From contig OZ249436.1 in assembly GCA_965235115.1 (NCBI GenBank), forward strand, positions 20,896,001 to 20,960,000: a DNA stretch of 64,000 bases. The letters are read 5' to 3'. Positions 49,901-61,512 of the stretch are shown here, in pieces (the stretch's first letter is position 1; each line of letters begins with the position of its first letter). Source of the stretch: Laetmonice hystrix (Eukaryota). A program made the translations under genes and the position numbers. The notes under the pieces were generated by a model, which did not search any database, was not told the origin of the DNA, and saw only the letters and a list, made by a program, of their open reading frames with translations.

Positions 49901-51321
49901 TGTGAGCCCCCCCCCCCCCCCCCGCTAGCCTTACCAGAACTGGTCTACTACACGTTACACTGGAACAGCTAGGGGTGGTCTGATACTATAATATTGTAGA
50001 GTCTACAGTCATCAGGTTATTGTGAGCCCCCCCCCCCTCCCCCCGCTAGCCTTACCAGAACTGGTCTACTACACGTTACACTGGAACAGCTAGGGTGGTC
50101 TGATACTATAATATTGTAGAGTCTACAGTGATCAGGTTATTGTGAGCCCCCCCCCCCCCGCTAGCCTTACCAGAACTGGTCTACTACACGTTACACTGGA
50201 ACAGCTAGGGTGGTCTGATACTATAATATTGTCTACAGTCTACAGTGATCAGGTTATTGTGAGCCCCCCGCCCCCCGCTAGCCTTACCAGAACTGGTCTA
50301 CTACACGTTACACTGGAACAGCTAGGGTGGTCTGATACTATAATATTGTAGAGTCTACAGTGATCAGGTTATTGTGATCCCCCCCCCTCCCCCCGCTAGC
50401 CTTACCAGAACTGGTCTACTACACGTTACACTGGAACAGCTAGGGGTGGTCTGGTACTATAATATTGTAGAGTATACAGTCATCAGGTTATTGTAAGCCC
50501 CCCCTCCCCCCGCTAGCCTTACCAGAACTGGTCTACTACACGTTACACTGGAACAGCTAGGGTGGTCTGATACTATAATATTGTAGAGTCTACAGTGATC
50601 AGGTTATTGTGAGCCCCCCCCCCTCCCCCCGCTAGCCTTACCAGAACTGGTCTACTACACGTTACACTGGAACAGCTAGGGGTGGTCTGATACTATAATA
50701 TTGTAGAGCCTACAGTGATCAGGTTATTGTGAGCCCCCCTCCCCCCGCTAGCCTTACCAGAACTGGTCTACTACACGTTACACTGGAACAGCTAGGGGTG
50801 GTCTGATACTATAATATTGTAGAGTCTACAGTGATCAGGTTATTGTGAGCCCCCTCCCCCCGCTAGCCTTACCAGAACTGGTCTACTACACGTTACACTG
50901 GAACAGCTAGGGGTGGTCTGATACTATAATATTGTAGAGTCTACAGTGATCAGGTTATTGTGAGCCCCCCTCCCCCCGCTAGCCTTACCAGAACTGGTCT
51001 ACTACACGTTACACTGGAACAGCTAGGGGTGGTCTGATACTATAATATTGTCTACAGTCTACAGTGATCAGGTTATTGTAAGCCCCCCCCCTCCCCCCGC
51101 TAGCCTTACCAGAACTGGTCTACTACACGTTACACTGGAACAGCTAGGGGTGGTCTGATACTATAATATTGTAGAGTCTACAGTGATCAGGTTATTGTGA
51201 GCCCCCCCTCCCCCTCCCCCCGCTAGCCTTACCAGAACTGGTCTACTACACGTTACACTGGAACAGCTAGGGGTGGTCTGATACTATAATATTGTCTACA
51301 GTCTACAGTGATCAGGTTATT
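49901..51321. repeat. ~115-122-bp tandem repeat, 12 copies
   Basis: Constant core GCTAGCCTTACCAGAACTGGTCTACTACACGTTACACTGGAACAGCTAGGG..GATCAGGTTATT with a variable-length poly-C tract. Confidence 0.97.
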
Positions 51322-51445
51322 TTAATTAGTCCCATATCATGCATGCCTGATCACTGGTCAATCCATGTACTGTGTCTATCAATCATCAAGACACCAAATT
51401 GTCTATTGAAAACACAGCTAATCACAAGTTAGGCCTATATCGGGT

Positions 51446-51785
51446 GGGCATAAAAAAAACTTGTCGAACTTAGACTTACTTTTGTCCTTACATGAGACCA
51501 AAATTAAAAGTGTGTCCAATTGACTTCCTGTTCAAATAAAATCAGGTATATGTTATTACAGCTAAGTTTAGAACAACAATTCTTGATACACAAAGTTCGT
51601 TGTAATGACGTCCTATAACTGGTTTTACTTGAACTGGTCAATTGGACAGAATTTTGGTCTCATGCAAGGACAAATTTGAGAAAATTTCACCAGGTATTAA
51701 GAATATCAACGTGTTTACTCCTCAGAAGCTTATTCTTTTCTGAAAGATTTAAGGTCACAGCTCGACAAGTTTGTTTTTTATGTCC
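51446..51785. mobile_element. Degraded palindromic MITE
   Basis: GGCATAAAAAAAACTTGTCGA versus TCGACAAGTTTGTTTTTTATGTCC. Inner arms TTTGTCCTT..CATGAGACCAAAATT versus AATTTTGGTCTCATG..AAGGACAAA. Confidence 0.65.
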
Positions 51786-51935
51786 TTTTTTTTCAATGCA
51801 ATTTTTGTTGTTGTTGGAAATTAGCCGAGGCAGCTGCCTCGGCTGCCTCAATGCAGTTTACGGCCCTGCCGATATAAAGGAGAAGGCCATTGAATTGACG
51901 ACCTTTTGATCAGGTCATCAATAGGGGTCGGAAGG

Positions 51936-52562
51936 GTCATTGCAGCCTGGGATATAGTTCGTATAGTTCGTCGTGAGGCTGTGGGCGTCAAATCAACAGG
52001 GAACACTTGTGTCACTGCAGCCTGGGATATAGTTCGTAGTTCGTCGTGGGGCTGTGGGCGGCAAGTCAACAGGAAACACTTGTGTCAATGCAGCCTGGGA
52101 TATACATGTAGTTCGTAGTTCGTCGTGGGGCTGTGGGCGTCAAGTCAACAGGAAACACTTGCGTCATTGCAGCCTGGGATATAGTTCGTATAGTTCGTCG
52201 TGGGGCTGTGGGCGGCAAGTCAACAGGAAATACTTGTGTCAATGCAGCCTGGGATATAGTTCGTAGTTCGTCGTGGGGCTGTGGGCGGCAAGTCAACAGG
52301 AAACACTTGCGTCATTGCAGCCTGGGATATAGTTCGTATAGTTCGTCGTGGGGCTGTGGGCGGCAAGTCAACAGGAAACACTTGCGTCATTGCAGCCTGG
52401 GATATAGTTCGTATAGTTCGTCGTGGGGCTGTGGGCGGCAAGTCAACAGGAAACACTTGTGTCACTGCAGCCTGGGATATAGTTCGTATAGTTCGTCGTG
52501 GGGCTGTGGGCGGCAAGTCAACAGGAAACACTTGTGTCAATGCAGCCTGAGATATAGTTCGT
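51936..52562. repeat. ~73-75-bp tandem repeat, ~8 copies
   Basis: Unit GTCA(T/C/A)TGCAGCCTGGGATATAGTTCGTATAGTTCGTCGTGGGGCTGTGGGCGGCAAGTCAACAGGAAACACTTG(C/T). Confidence 0.95.
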
Positions 52563-55500
52563 TTCCGGATAAAATGGCTACGGGAATTCACGTGGTACCG
52601 TTACAAGGGGCAGATGTAAGAGTTTTCAAAGCAGCATATATAACGATAAGTTTGAGGACAACTTATTATGCCTAATTTTCGCTGTAATTTGATAAGGTTT
52701 CGTCTATTAAAATCCCGATGTGTTTTCGATTGTGATTCTTCTAAACTTAATATAGATCGAACCTAAGGGTTCGAAATACCCCTGGGATATTTCATTTCTA
52801 TAACAAACATTAACAAAAGAACTGAGGTAACAGGAAGATTGACCAAAAGGCCCGCTATATCCTATTCCACCGGCCTGCATGGCAATTTGCTTGCCCCACT
52901 GCTTTGGTTATAAACGAGGACGTCACGATTAGGTCCATAATCGCCTAGATATTTTTAGAATGTATCTTATTCTAATCCAGATACCTATGGGATCATCGGA
53001 GCTTTAGGTGAACGCAGCCAGAGAAGTGAAGAATATGGCGTAATCACGGTTGGTTGAACCTCTGAGTTATTCGGTGTTTCTATTGGGAAATGAATGGTTC
53101 AAAACCAAATTCAGACCATCTCGTCCATTCAACTGCCGGCCAACCTCCTAACCAGTTTTTCAGCTTCATTAACTCGCCTGGATCTACTGAGGGTTGCTGA
53201 GTGATTCCTGTTCACGTCGGTAGGGGGATTCTGTTCAGCCAATGGAGTGACGTGTTACATGCTTCTTCGGATATGAACTTAACAGAGAACGATCCGTGAA
53301 ATTGTCATCGACGACAATGACGTCCTTTCGTCCTTGGTGGCTTTCGGCGTATATTGAGATCAACGGAGATACAAATATACAGTATGGAGAGAAATTTCAG
53401 AAAAAGACTACTCTCGGCCTAATACAGCAAGAGCAACTTGCTTAAATCTAATTTTATTCACGGGTTCAATGATTGCAAATGACATACGTCACATGGCGTT
53501 CTTGCGGAGTGATTGTGACGTCACTGTAGAGAACCGGCCGGAGAGCACCGCCTCCAGGACACAGACGCTGACATGCTGAATCACAGACTAATAAAGACAA
53601 CTTGGCTTTATTCCATGACCCAGGAAAGCAATCCCATTGCCAGAGTTCAGAACGCATGACTTCGTCTACGAGTGTCTACAGAGGTAGAGAACGGTGAGGG
53701 GCGAACTGATTGATTGCTGCTTGTTCAAGGCAAAGTAACTGGAATCTGATACTTCTATTATCAGATGAAAGAGGATCTGGACTCACCGACGTCAGTGATG
53801 GAGTCCAGTGTAGTAGCACTATACCAATAGCGACGTCTAAAGACAATGGTTGCCTTCTCCTATTTCCACAAGAAGCATACAGTGGAAGAGAATTTGATTT
53901 TATTGAATTATGTTCGTGTTCTACACAGCCCCTCCTTCACTATTTTAGTATTGATTGAAATACTAAATGGTTCTTTATCTGTCATCAGTTCTTTATATGG
54001 TCAGTTGTTCACCGACTGCAGTTCCACAGAAATACTCTGGGGGACGGATGGATACACGCACGGAGATGTAAGGTGACAGTCTGGAAAGAGTCGACTCATC
54101 TCACGGCACAGCTGCCGTACGTGCCGCTATTACGTCGACATACCGATGGGCACAGCATGTTGGAGTGGATTCTATCTGACAATACCGTTTCCGTGTCTAC
54201 TCGGAATATCAAACACGGCAGTGTTCATCATAGTACCTAGCCAATTGAAGTGTGTCGCCCAGCATTCATTGGGGATGTCCGTAAAAAAAACCACTGCTCA
54301 ATGAAGCGTTTTGGATGGACCACATAGAGCTAGCAGACGTGCAAAATTGGTAATTAAACTGATGAAAGAAAGCAGGGCAGCATAGGAGCGTGATTTCTGG
54401 ATGAGGGATGGAACTGGTGCCGCTAAAGATAAACGCTTTCTGCTCCTTGAAGTCGTCTGTCGTGTAGCCAACGAAAATCACAACGTCAAAGAATTGATCG
54501 TATGTGCTACAATGGTCCAGAATAAACGACCAAACATCAGCAAGTCTCATAGTTAAATAAAGACCGATACTGGTCACTAAAGTACTTCAACCTGTACGCT
54601 TTCTAATTCTATTCTCTAAAATCTTGCAAGAGTTCGGCATTGCTGATAATCTGTATGGTGGAGTATAGTCTGCAGTATATTGTTCGCACAATAGATCTGT
54701 GAGCTATTACCCGCCTATAGAAGCTGTTGTTCTCGTATGTAAACTGCTACTAACAATTTGGAGAAATATGAGGATTTTGTACAAGAACGGATTGTGGTCT
54801 TGACCTGTGTCTGCCTCTCTGTATAGGAATTATCATTACTTTCCCCGAAGCTAATGTCCACATGCTTCTATTCGTGACATCGTTGGTGAACTGCCACTTC
54901 GTGAGATCAAGATTTGTTGAGCATATGGCGACACTGTTAAATTATTCCTGGGTGATATAGAGTTATTTGAAGTGCCATTACAGGGTGCTTCCTTTGTGGA
55001 GGGACGACGAGACATTGAATCATTTCTTTCTCATACAAACTTACATTTGTCGATTTGAATGCATGATTTGTTGAGTGTTTATTTCTGCGGCAGTATCGTG
55101 GACTATTCCATCGTTGATAAGCTCTACTATAGCAAACCCATCACGCCGTGCAGTGGCCTGAACCATTGTCGTCTGCCAGATCCGTGAAGTAATGAGTAAT
55201 TCTACACCTGGGAGTGGCGTGACAGGACTTACACGCCAAGAGATAATCTGGAACTTCAATTCTACCACGCATTTTGTGTCCGCTGAAAGACATTCTTTGA
55301 GTCATCTTCGTGTTCGTTGACGTGCACGTTCTGTCCCACTGACAAATAAGCGATGTGCGATCGTGATTGGACACGAGAATATGCCTACATGCGGACCCTT
55401 CATTATACAAGATTGCTATATAACGTTCCGTATCCAGGGGGTAGGTAACCACCTTCTGTGCCATAAAAAAGACAGGCCCTTATATTTGGTACATCGAGAA

Positions 55501-56788
55501 ATCATTTAGTGAAGAACAGCGGTGCCAAATAGTTTATCTGGATGGATGGTGAGGAGGGGGGGGGGGTTATTCTGGTTTGATCATCAGTTTCCTTAAATTA
55601 TCGTTTAACCAAACCTATAAACAGCACAGATAATTTTAGTTATATCGTTTGTTAATGTCCGACAATAAACAGTTTTCTGGTAGTGCCTAAATTATATCGC
55701 AATTCAGAGTCGAACCAAGGTCGGCGATAGGGATCTGTGTTTCTGCGAGTTTTGAGTTGGAACTTTGACGAGCAACTCCATCAAAGGTTCCACCACTCTT
55801 AAAAACGCAATCTCAAAAACCGCTATAACCCGTCTCTGATTGCATTCAAGGACCACAGAGTGGGGACATACATATGCACTCTCAGCGACCAGCTGCCGGA
55901 TGATGTTTTGTACTGAACCGTCCTACACCCTACCACGGGACAAAAAAAGGACGCGGGGTAAAGTGGATGGGTCCGTTTATGGAGATGGTTAGGCAGCGTA
56001 AAAAGTAGGTAGGAAAGTTGCGCTAAGTACATGTATAACAGCAAGGAGCAATATATTCCTGCAAGAGAAGCAATCTATTGACTGCAATGAGAACACACGT
56101 TGATCCAGCTGAATGAGATTTCCTCGTCAAATTCCGATAAGTTATACAAATTATCACCCAGATCTGACGTGGAATCTCAGTGTGAAAGTTAAGGTACGGG
56201 CAGTAAAAGAGCGTACAACTGGCAGTACTTCCAGCCGCAATTTCTGTAGCCCGATAACGAACTGTGCTGTTATAGCCATGGTGGAATCAGTAATTGCTAT
56301 GGATGTTTGTGGGTGTCACCCCATGTAACCTCATCAGCTCATCACTGAGCGAAATGACAACGTACATACCGAGCGAAAAAAGGATTATGAAAGAGTGGGC
56401 CTGGTGGAAACCGAGGTAATGCCGAATATATGCGTCAATGTCATAACTTTGTGGCTAATGATGGCGACAGGTGGCGCTAATAACCAGGCGAACATCCGGG
56501 GGTGGCCGTTCCAGGCTCCGAGTACATGTACATGTATAATGGCCTGCACAGAGAGACAACAACAGAACTTATGGATCCGCTGTAATTATACCGACAGGCT
56601 TCTACAAAATCAACTGATTATGTTTTTGATATTTTACACATAACCCGTTTTATTCCCGACACATGCACAAAATCAGCGAATATGCAAGTTATATTACAAT
56701 GTTCCTTCAAATGCTTTAAATATAGACCTTACCTCTCAAAAATGTTATGCTACACTTATTTCTGGTATGGTAAAGAACATGAAATTGC

Positions 56789-56986
56789 GGAATAAATGAC
56801 ACCTAAACGAAGCCAGTACGGTAAGAAAGTTCATTGAACATGAGCTGCAGAAAGATGAAGGTCACGTTTTCAAATTTCACAAAATTCTTGCTAAACACCT
56901 GTGGAGAAAATCATTCAATTAATCTGTTTTTCCCACCAGACTAATGACATAAGCACAATGAGGAAAGCTGAAAATGCCGTTTTACC
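56789..56986 (-). mobile_element. Inverted copy of the 59044-59248 MITE
   Basis: Reverse-complement match, e.g. AACGAAGCCAGTACGGTAAGAAA..CATTGAACATGAGCTGCAGAAAGATGAAGGTCA. Confidence 0.8.
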
Positions 56987-57259
56987 ATAACGCAATTATT
57001 CACTTGTTTGTGTAGGCGCTATGAGCACCACCAATACACTGAACACCAATTCCTGAGAGTCAATTTCACCAAATGTGCATGGTGACATCGGTGTGTTGGT
57101 GCAGACTGGGAGCAAAGTTCAGTAAGTACAGTTGCCAGGAACGGACAAGGAAGCAGTTGGTTATAAGGCATAGCCTACAATCTTCCCAGGGAGGAACGAA
57201 ATAAGCAGTTCAGGTTGAGGCAGCGATGACTAATACCAAAGGTGACTCTAGCACCGAGC

Positions 57260-58189
57260 CATTCGGCCCACCTCGGGACTGTCCGGGCCAGGGGCCGTTT
57301 TTTTTGTTTACTTTTCCACCGTGAGCAAGGGTGAGCTGAGCTGAGCAAGGGTGAGCAGAAGCTCATGCTCACCGTTTTGCTCACTGTTTTCGTTTTTTGG
57401 GGTGTTTTTCCGCGAGCTTGTTCACCATGAGCACGCCTCATGGAAAAAAGCAACCCAAAAAAAACACGAAAACGGTGAGAATGAGCTCATGCTCACCCTT
57501 GCTCAGCTCAGCTCACCCTTGCTCACGGTGGAAAAGTAAACAAAAAAACCGGGCCCAGATCCTCTCGGCCCTCGCACAGTCGTCACCATGTTGGATATTT
57601 TTTTTTATCACGTGACACAACGTGGTCAAAACGGCGACGGCTGACACAACGACAAAGGTGAAAGCCAAACAGTGTAGACCTGGCTTGTTCAAAAACAGAT
57701 CTCCGCTTGATACCTCTGATAAGTGGATTAGACGTCAGAGAAAATCTATTTAGGTCTCTATAGACACTTTTTTAGATGTTGACGTTCATATTGGCATTGT
57801 TTATCGTCAGACGGAGGTCAACGTTTGTCCCACGGACGAGCTGTCTCACTTGGGATTCCCTCGGAATGCCTTTGGGCGTATGACGTCATTTCTTATGTTG
57901 ATGCAAGCTAGTAAAGTCGTTTGATTTCATATATACTGCAAAACTGAATGTGTCGCGGCTGCTAAGAACGATCGAGACCGCAAATCTTCGGAAATTATCC
58001 ATCTTTCCTGAAGAACAATCCCGCGTTAGGCCAAATACCGACGGTCTATGAACTACTTTGCGCCGTTGCGCACTACGCGAATTGTGATGTGCCCAAACCC
58101 GTGCAATCACTGTCATATCTCTACGGCTTGCGAGGTCCGAGACTACAACTAGCGAAGCGACTGGAAGTTGGGCCGAGGTTTCCCGAATG
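57260..58189. mobile_element. ~930-bp TIR element with 9-bp (or 7-bp) TSD
   Basis: Ends CATTCGG..ACCTCGG / CCGAGGT..CCGAATG. Flanking direct repeat GCACCGAGC at 57251-57259 and 58190-58198. Confidence 0.65.
57292..57555. mobile_element. Near-perfect palindromic Harbinger-like MITE (CAG TSD)
   Basis: Arms TTTGTTTACTTTTCCACCGTGAGCAAGGGTGAGCTGAGCTGAGCAAGGGTGAGCA and the exact reverse complement. CAG at 57289-57291 and 57556-57558. Confidence 0.88.
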
Positions 58190-59043
58190 GCACCGAGCCT
58201 GCAGGGAGGAACGAAACAAGAAGTTCAGGTGGAAGCAGCGATGATTAGGCTAATACCAAAGGTGACTAGCACCGAACAGGGGTCAGAAATGATGAGAATG
58301 CAGAAATAGTCACATGACCACAATAACCAACAGGGAATATTCCCCAAACTAGTAAACCCAGTATATAGTTAGGATAACAGTTGGGCGTAGTTCTCGCTCT
58401 ATGGCCGCATCATCTTGAGTTGTCAAGGGGCATCGCGCATCCTGCATCAACTGCTACTGCAGCGGTTCAACCCCGAGCGGGGGAGGATGTGGCCGCATGG
58501 GACGCCAGTCCTTCTATCAGGAAAGCCCAGACTTGGGCGCGCACTAGGGACATAGCCTATATACATAGATCGAGGAGTATGGGAGTGTTACAGTCAACAG
58601 TTGATATACTTGTGATACTTCAAGACTCGGAGTGAGGTGAGAGTTGGAGTTCATAGTGTGTGCATGCATTGTGTTTATCGGGAACTTGAACATTGTACTC
58701 AGCCTGGAACGGACGCTACACATGGATTTTTCGCAATAAATCGTTGAACCTTCAGCTAAAAGTTATCCATCTGCGTTGGGAACCATCTCACCCGAAGCCA
58801 AAAGTTACGAGGCTAGCTTACCCCTATCAAAGACCTATGAATGGTCATTCATAGATCTTTGCTCCTATCGAGACTTTGAATTATAGTCGGGCGTATACCT
58901 GTCGCAGCATTAAGCACGAAGATTAAAACAACGAAGTAACCCCCCAACACACCTGAATGGGTTTAATTAACAGCATGCGTAGACGTTGATGTGTACGGTG
59001 TATTAATACTCGTTGTGGCTACAAAAGTTATTGAATAAATGTT

Positions 59044-59248
59044 CTCGGGTAAAACCATGATTTCAGCTTTCCTAATTGTGCTTATGTCTTTTGTCTGCTG
59101 GTTGGGGGAAAAAACCTGATTAATTGAATGATTTTCTCCAGAGCTGTTTTAGCAAGAATTTTGTGAAATTTGACCTTCATCTTTCTGCAGCTCATGTTCA
59201 ATGATTTCTTACCGTACTGGCTTCGTTTGGGTGTCATTTATTCCCGAG
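59044..59248 (+). mobile_element. ~205-bp MITE with CTCGGG..CCCGAG ends
   Basis: Short TIR, plus a second copy in inverted orientation at 56789-56986. Confidence 0.65.
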
Positions 59249-61038
59249 TATTGAGAGCTGCAAACTTGCCTGAAAGAAGCAATAGAAAGTGCAAATTTAC
59301 TTTACAATTACACCAATGCGATTGTTCCATTTGCTAATGGACAACGAAATGCATTATTTTAAGAATTACAATTTTTAAAAAAATATCAAAACGTCGGGGC
59401 TTTCTGATGTAATATGCCGGTAAAATTTCAGATTTGAACGTGAGGTATAGAAGAAGAGTTAGGTTGCTTGGCTCGGTGGGTAGTTCCAATCCTCTCCTAA
59501 ACCTCATACGGGACAAGAGTGTTTGTTATCGACTTACATTACTTACATTATGAGATTGACGGTCATATATAGAAGTCATGTTGCTGGGTGCCGCCGCCGC
59601 CCCGCCACACCAAGTACATGACTGATTGTGTCCTCCCCAGTCTGCATGATGAGCAGGTGGTGGTAAGTCGGAGAATCACGGCCCCTGGTGTACCATGTTT
59701 ATATATAACTCGTCATTATTTTAAAGGAAGAAATCAGGGGTCACTGGGAGAGACCCTCTTATTAAAACCTCATTAAACAAACGTTAATGGACAACATGAG
59801 AGAACCATTTATGTTTCAGGCTGTGGGTTTCTGTTTTCTGTATAGCATTACGTGAGAGCTCACCGTGGACTGCTACTATCCCATGTTAAAACATGGCGAG
59901 GTGATTTGTTGAAGTGAAGACACAGTCCATGTCCCTGGGGACATCGATCGATCAGAGAGGAACAGCTGAATAACCTCATTACCATTGCGGCATACAGCGT
60001 CCCCTCACAGTACTACTCTAACAGAGATACTTTACGTGCCGCCAATCTGTTTGTTGCATGTCTACAGTACGGTATGTTGTTAGTGATCTGTATCCAGTCA
60101 GCTCAAGCTGTTTGAGAACGGATATATATATATATCAAATAAAGGACATGTCAAACAGCCTGATCAAAGCCTACACTGTTTCTCAGGCCAGTTTGTCATG
60201 CTTCATTCCTGTCATATAATGGATGCCCATACAACAAAGTCTGGCAATACTGCAAGGCGGAACCTTCACACATAAAGCTACATCGCCATTCTTGCATTTT
60301 AGCAGACATGTGGCCGTTCCCCCCCTCTGTTTTTTCCTCACTAATCATCAATTATAATTGAGACGTCTTTTGTCATCACCAGTAACACATGTACTGGTTG
60401 ACCTCAGGTGTTGGCTGCTGGACGTATATTAAGACATCCCTTGCCATCTAAGGACGTTCAGGTGATGACACGCAATGGTATTATCAAAGTGTTTCCCGGG
60501 GGGAGGAACCCGCAGAAATAATTGAAGAGCCCCCGAAGGCTCTGTCTTCTCGCGGAAATAAGAAAGATAGGAATGTCACTTACAAATCGGTGGGAGGGAT
60601 TTGTCTGCATGTATCATGTAGTCAGACGAACGAACTTCAATAAACGTCGCTTCAGGGGGCCTTCACACATGGCCACTAACAACGTATAGCCTGCCTTCTC
60701 CTAACGCCAGCTTGAGGATAATATTTTATGACAAAGTGGTGCATATAGAAGCTTATAATCTGGTTACCTGTCAGACTAAACTAACATAGCGTCGTGGTGG
60801 GACAGTCGTATACTCCGTCGGTTACTTGGCAGACATTTTGTAAAATAATGGCTGTCGTAAAGAAATCTCAGAGCTCATTCGGCTATACTGCCAACATTTT
60901 ATTGACATCAATCACTTTTCCACGAATCCATCGCAGAACCCCTTTAACGGTGATGGTGGTTATCTTTCGGAGTTCTTTATGTCAGAAAGGTAAGATTTAG
61001 AATTAATGACCTAATTGATCCATGTAACTAATACAGAA

Positions 61039-61163
61039 GACTGGTATAGTTATTGTATGGAGGTGTTTCACGCAGGACCCTCCACTATCTTCATATAAAA
61101 CGTGACTGGTATAGTTATTGTATGCAGGTGTTTCACGCAGGACCCTCCACTATCTTCATATAA
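61039..61163. repeat. ~65-bp tandem duplication
   Basis: Two copies of GACTGGTATAGTTATTGTATG(G/C)AGGTGTTTCACGCAGGACCCTCCACTATCTTCATATAA. Confidence 0.9.
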
Positions 61164-61372
61164 TTTTCAGCCTTTACACAAACAAATCTATGTAGTCTAT
61201 AGCCGTTGACTCTCCCCTATACACTAGCGTGTTATGGTCGTTGGACGACACGTCGAGATTTTGCAAAATCCCTTAAAATAAAGAAACGGCACCGATTCAT
61301 ATCTATACGAATACATGATTACTTCCATTTACATCTGACGACGTGCAGCGCACAGTTTAGGAAGTAATGCGC

Positions 61373-61512
61373 TCCTTCTGTAATATATTACGGCCGTTTT
61401 TATACCCTGAACCGAAGCTAACCGAAGGTTCGTTCCTGTCCGCCATTGTTGTTTGTCGGTACTGCGCATGTGCAAATGGAACCTGTTCCGGTTCGCGCAT
61501 GCGTACCATGCG
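61373..61512 (+). repeat. Dispersed repeat with promoter-type motifs (copy of 11071-11207)
   Basis: Shared motif blocks in the same order as 11071-11207. Confidence 0.7.
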
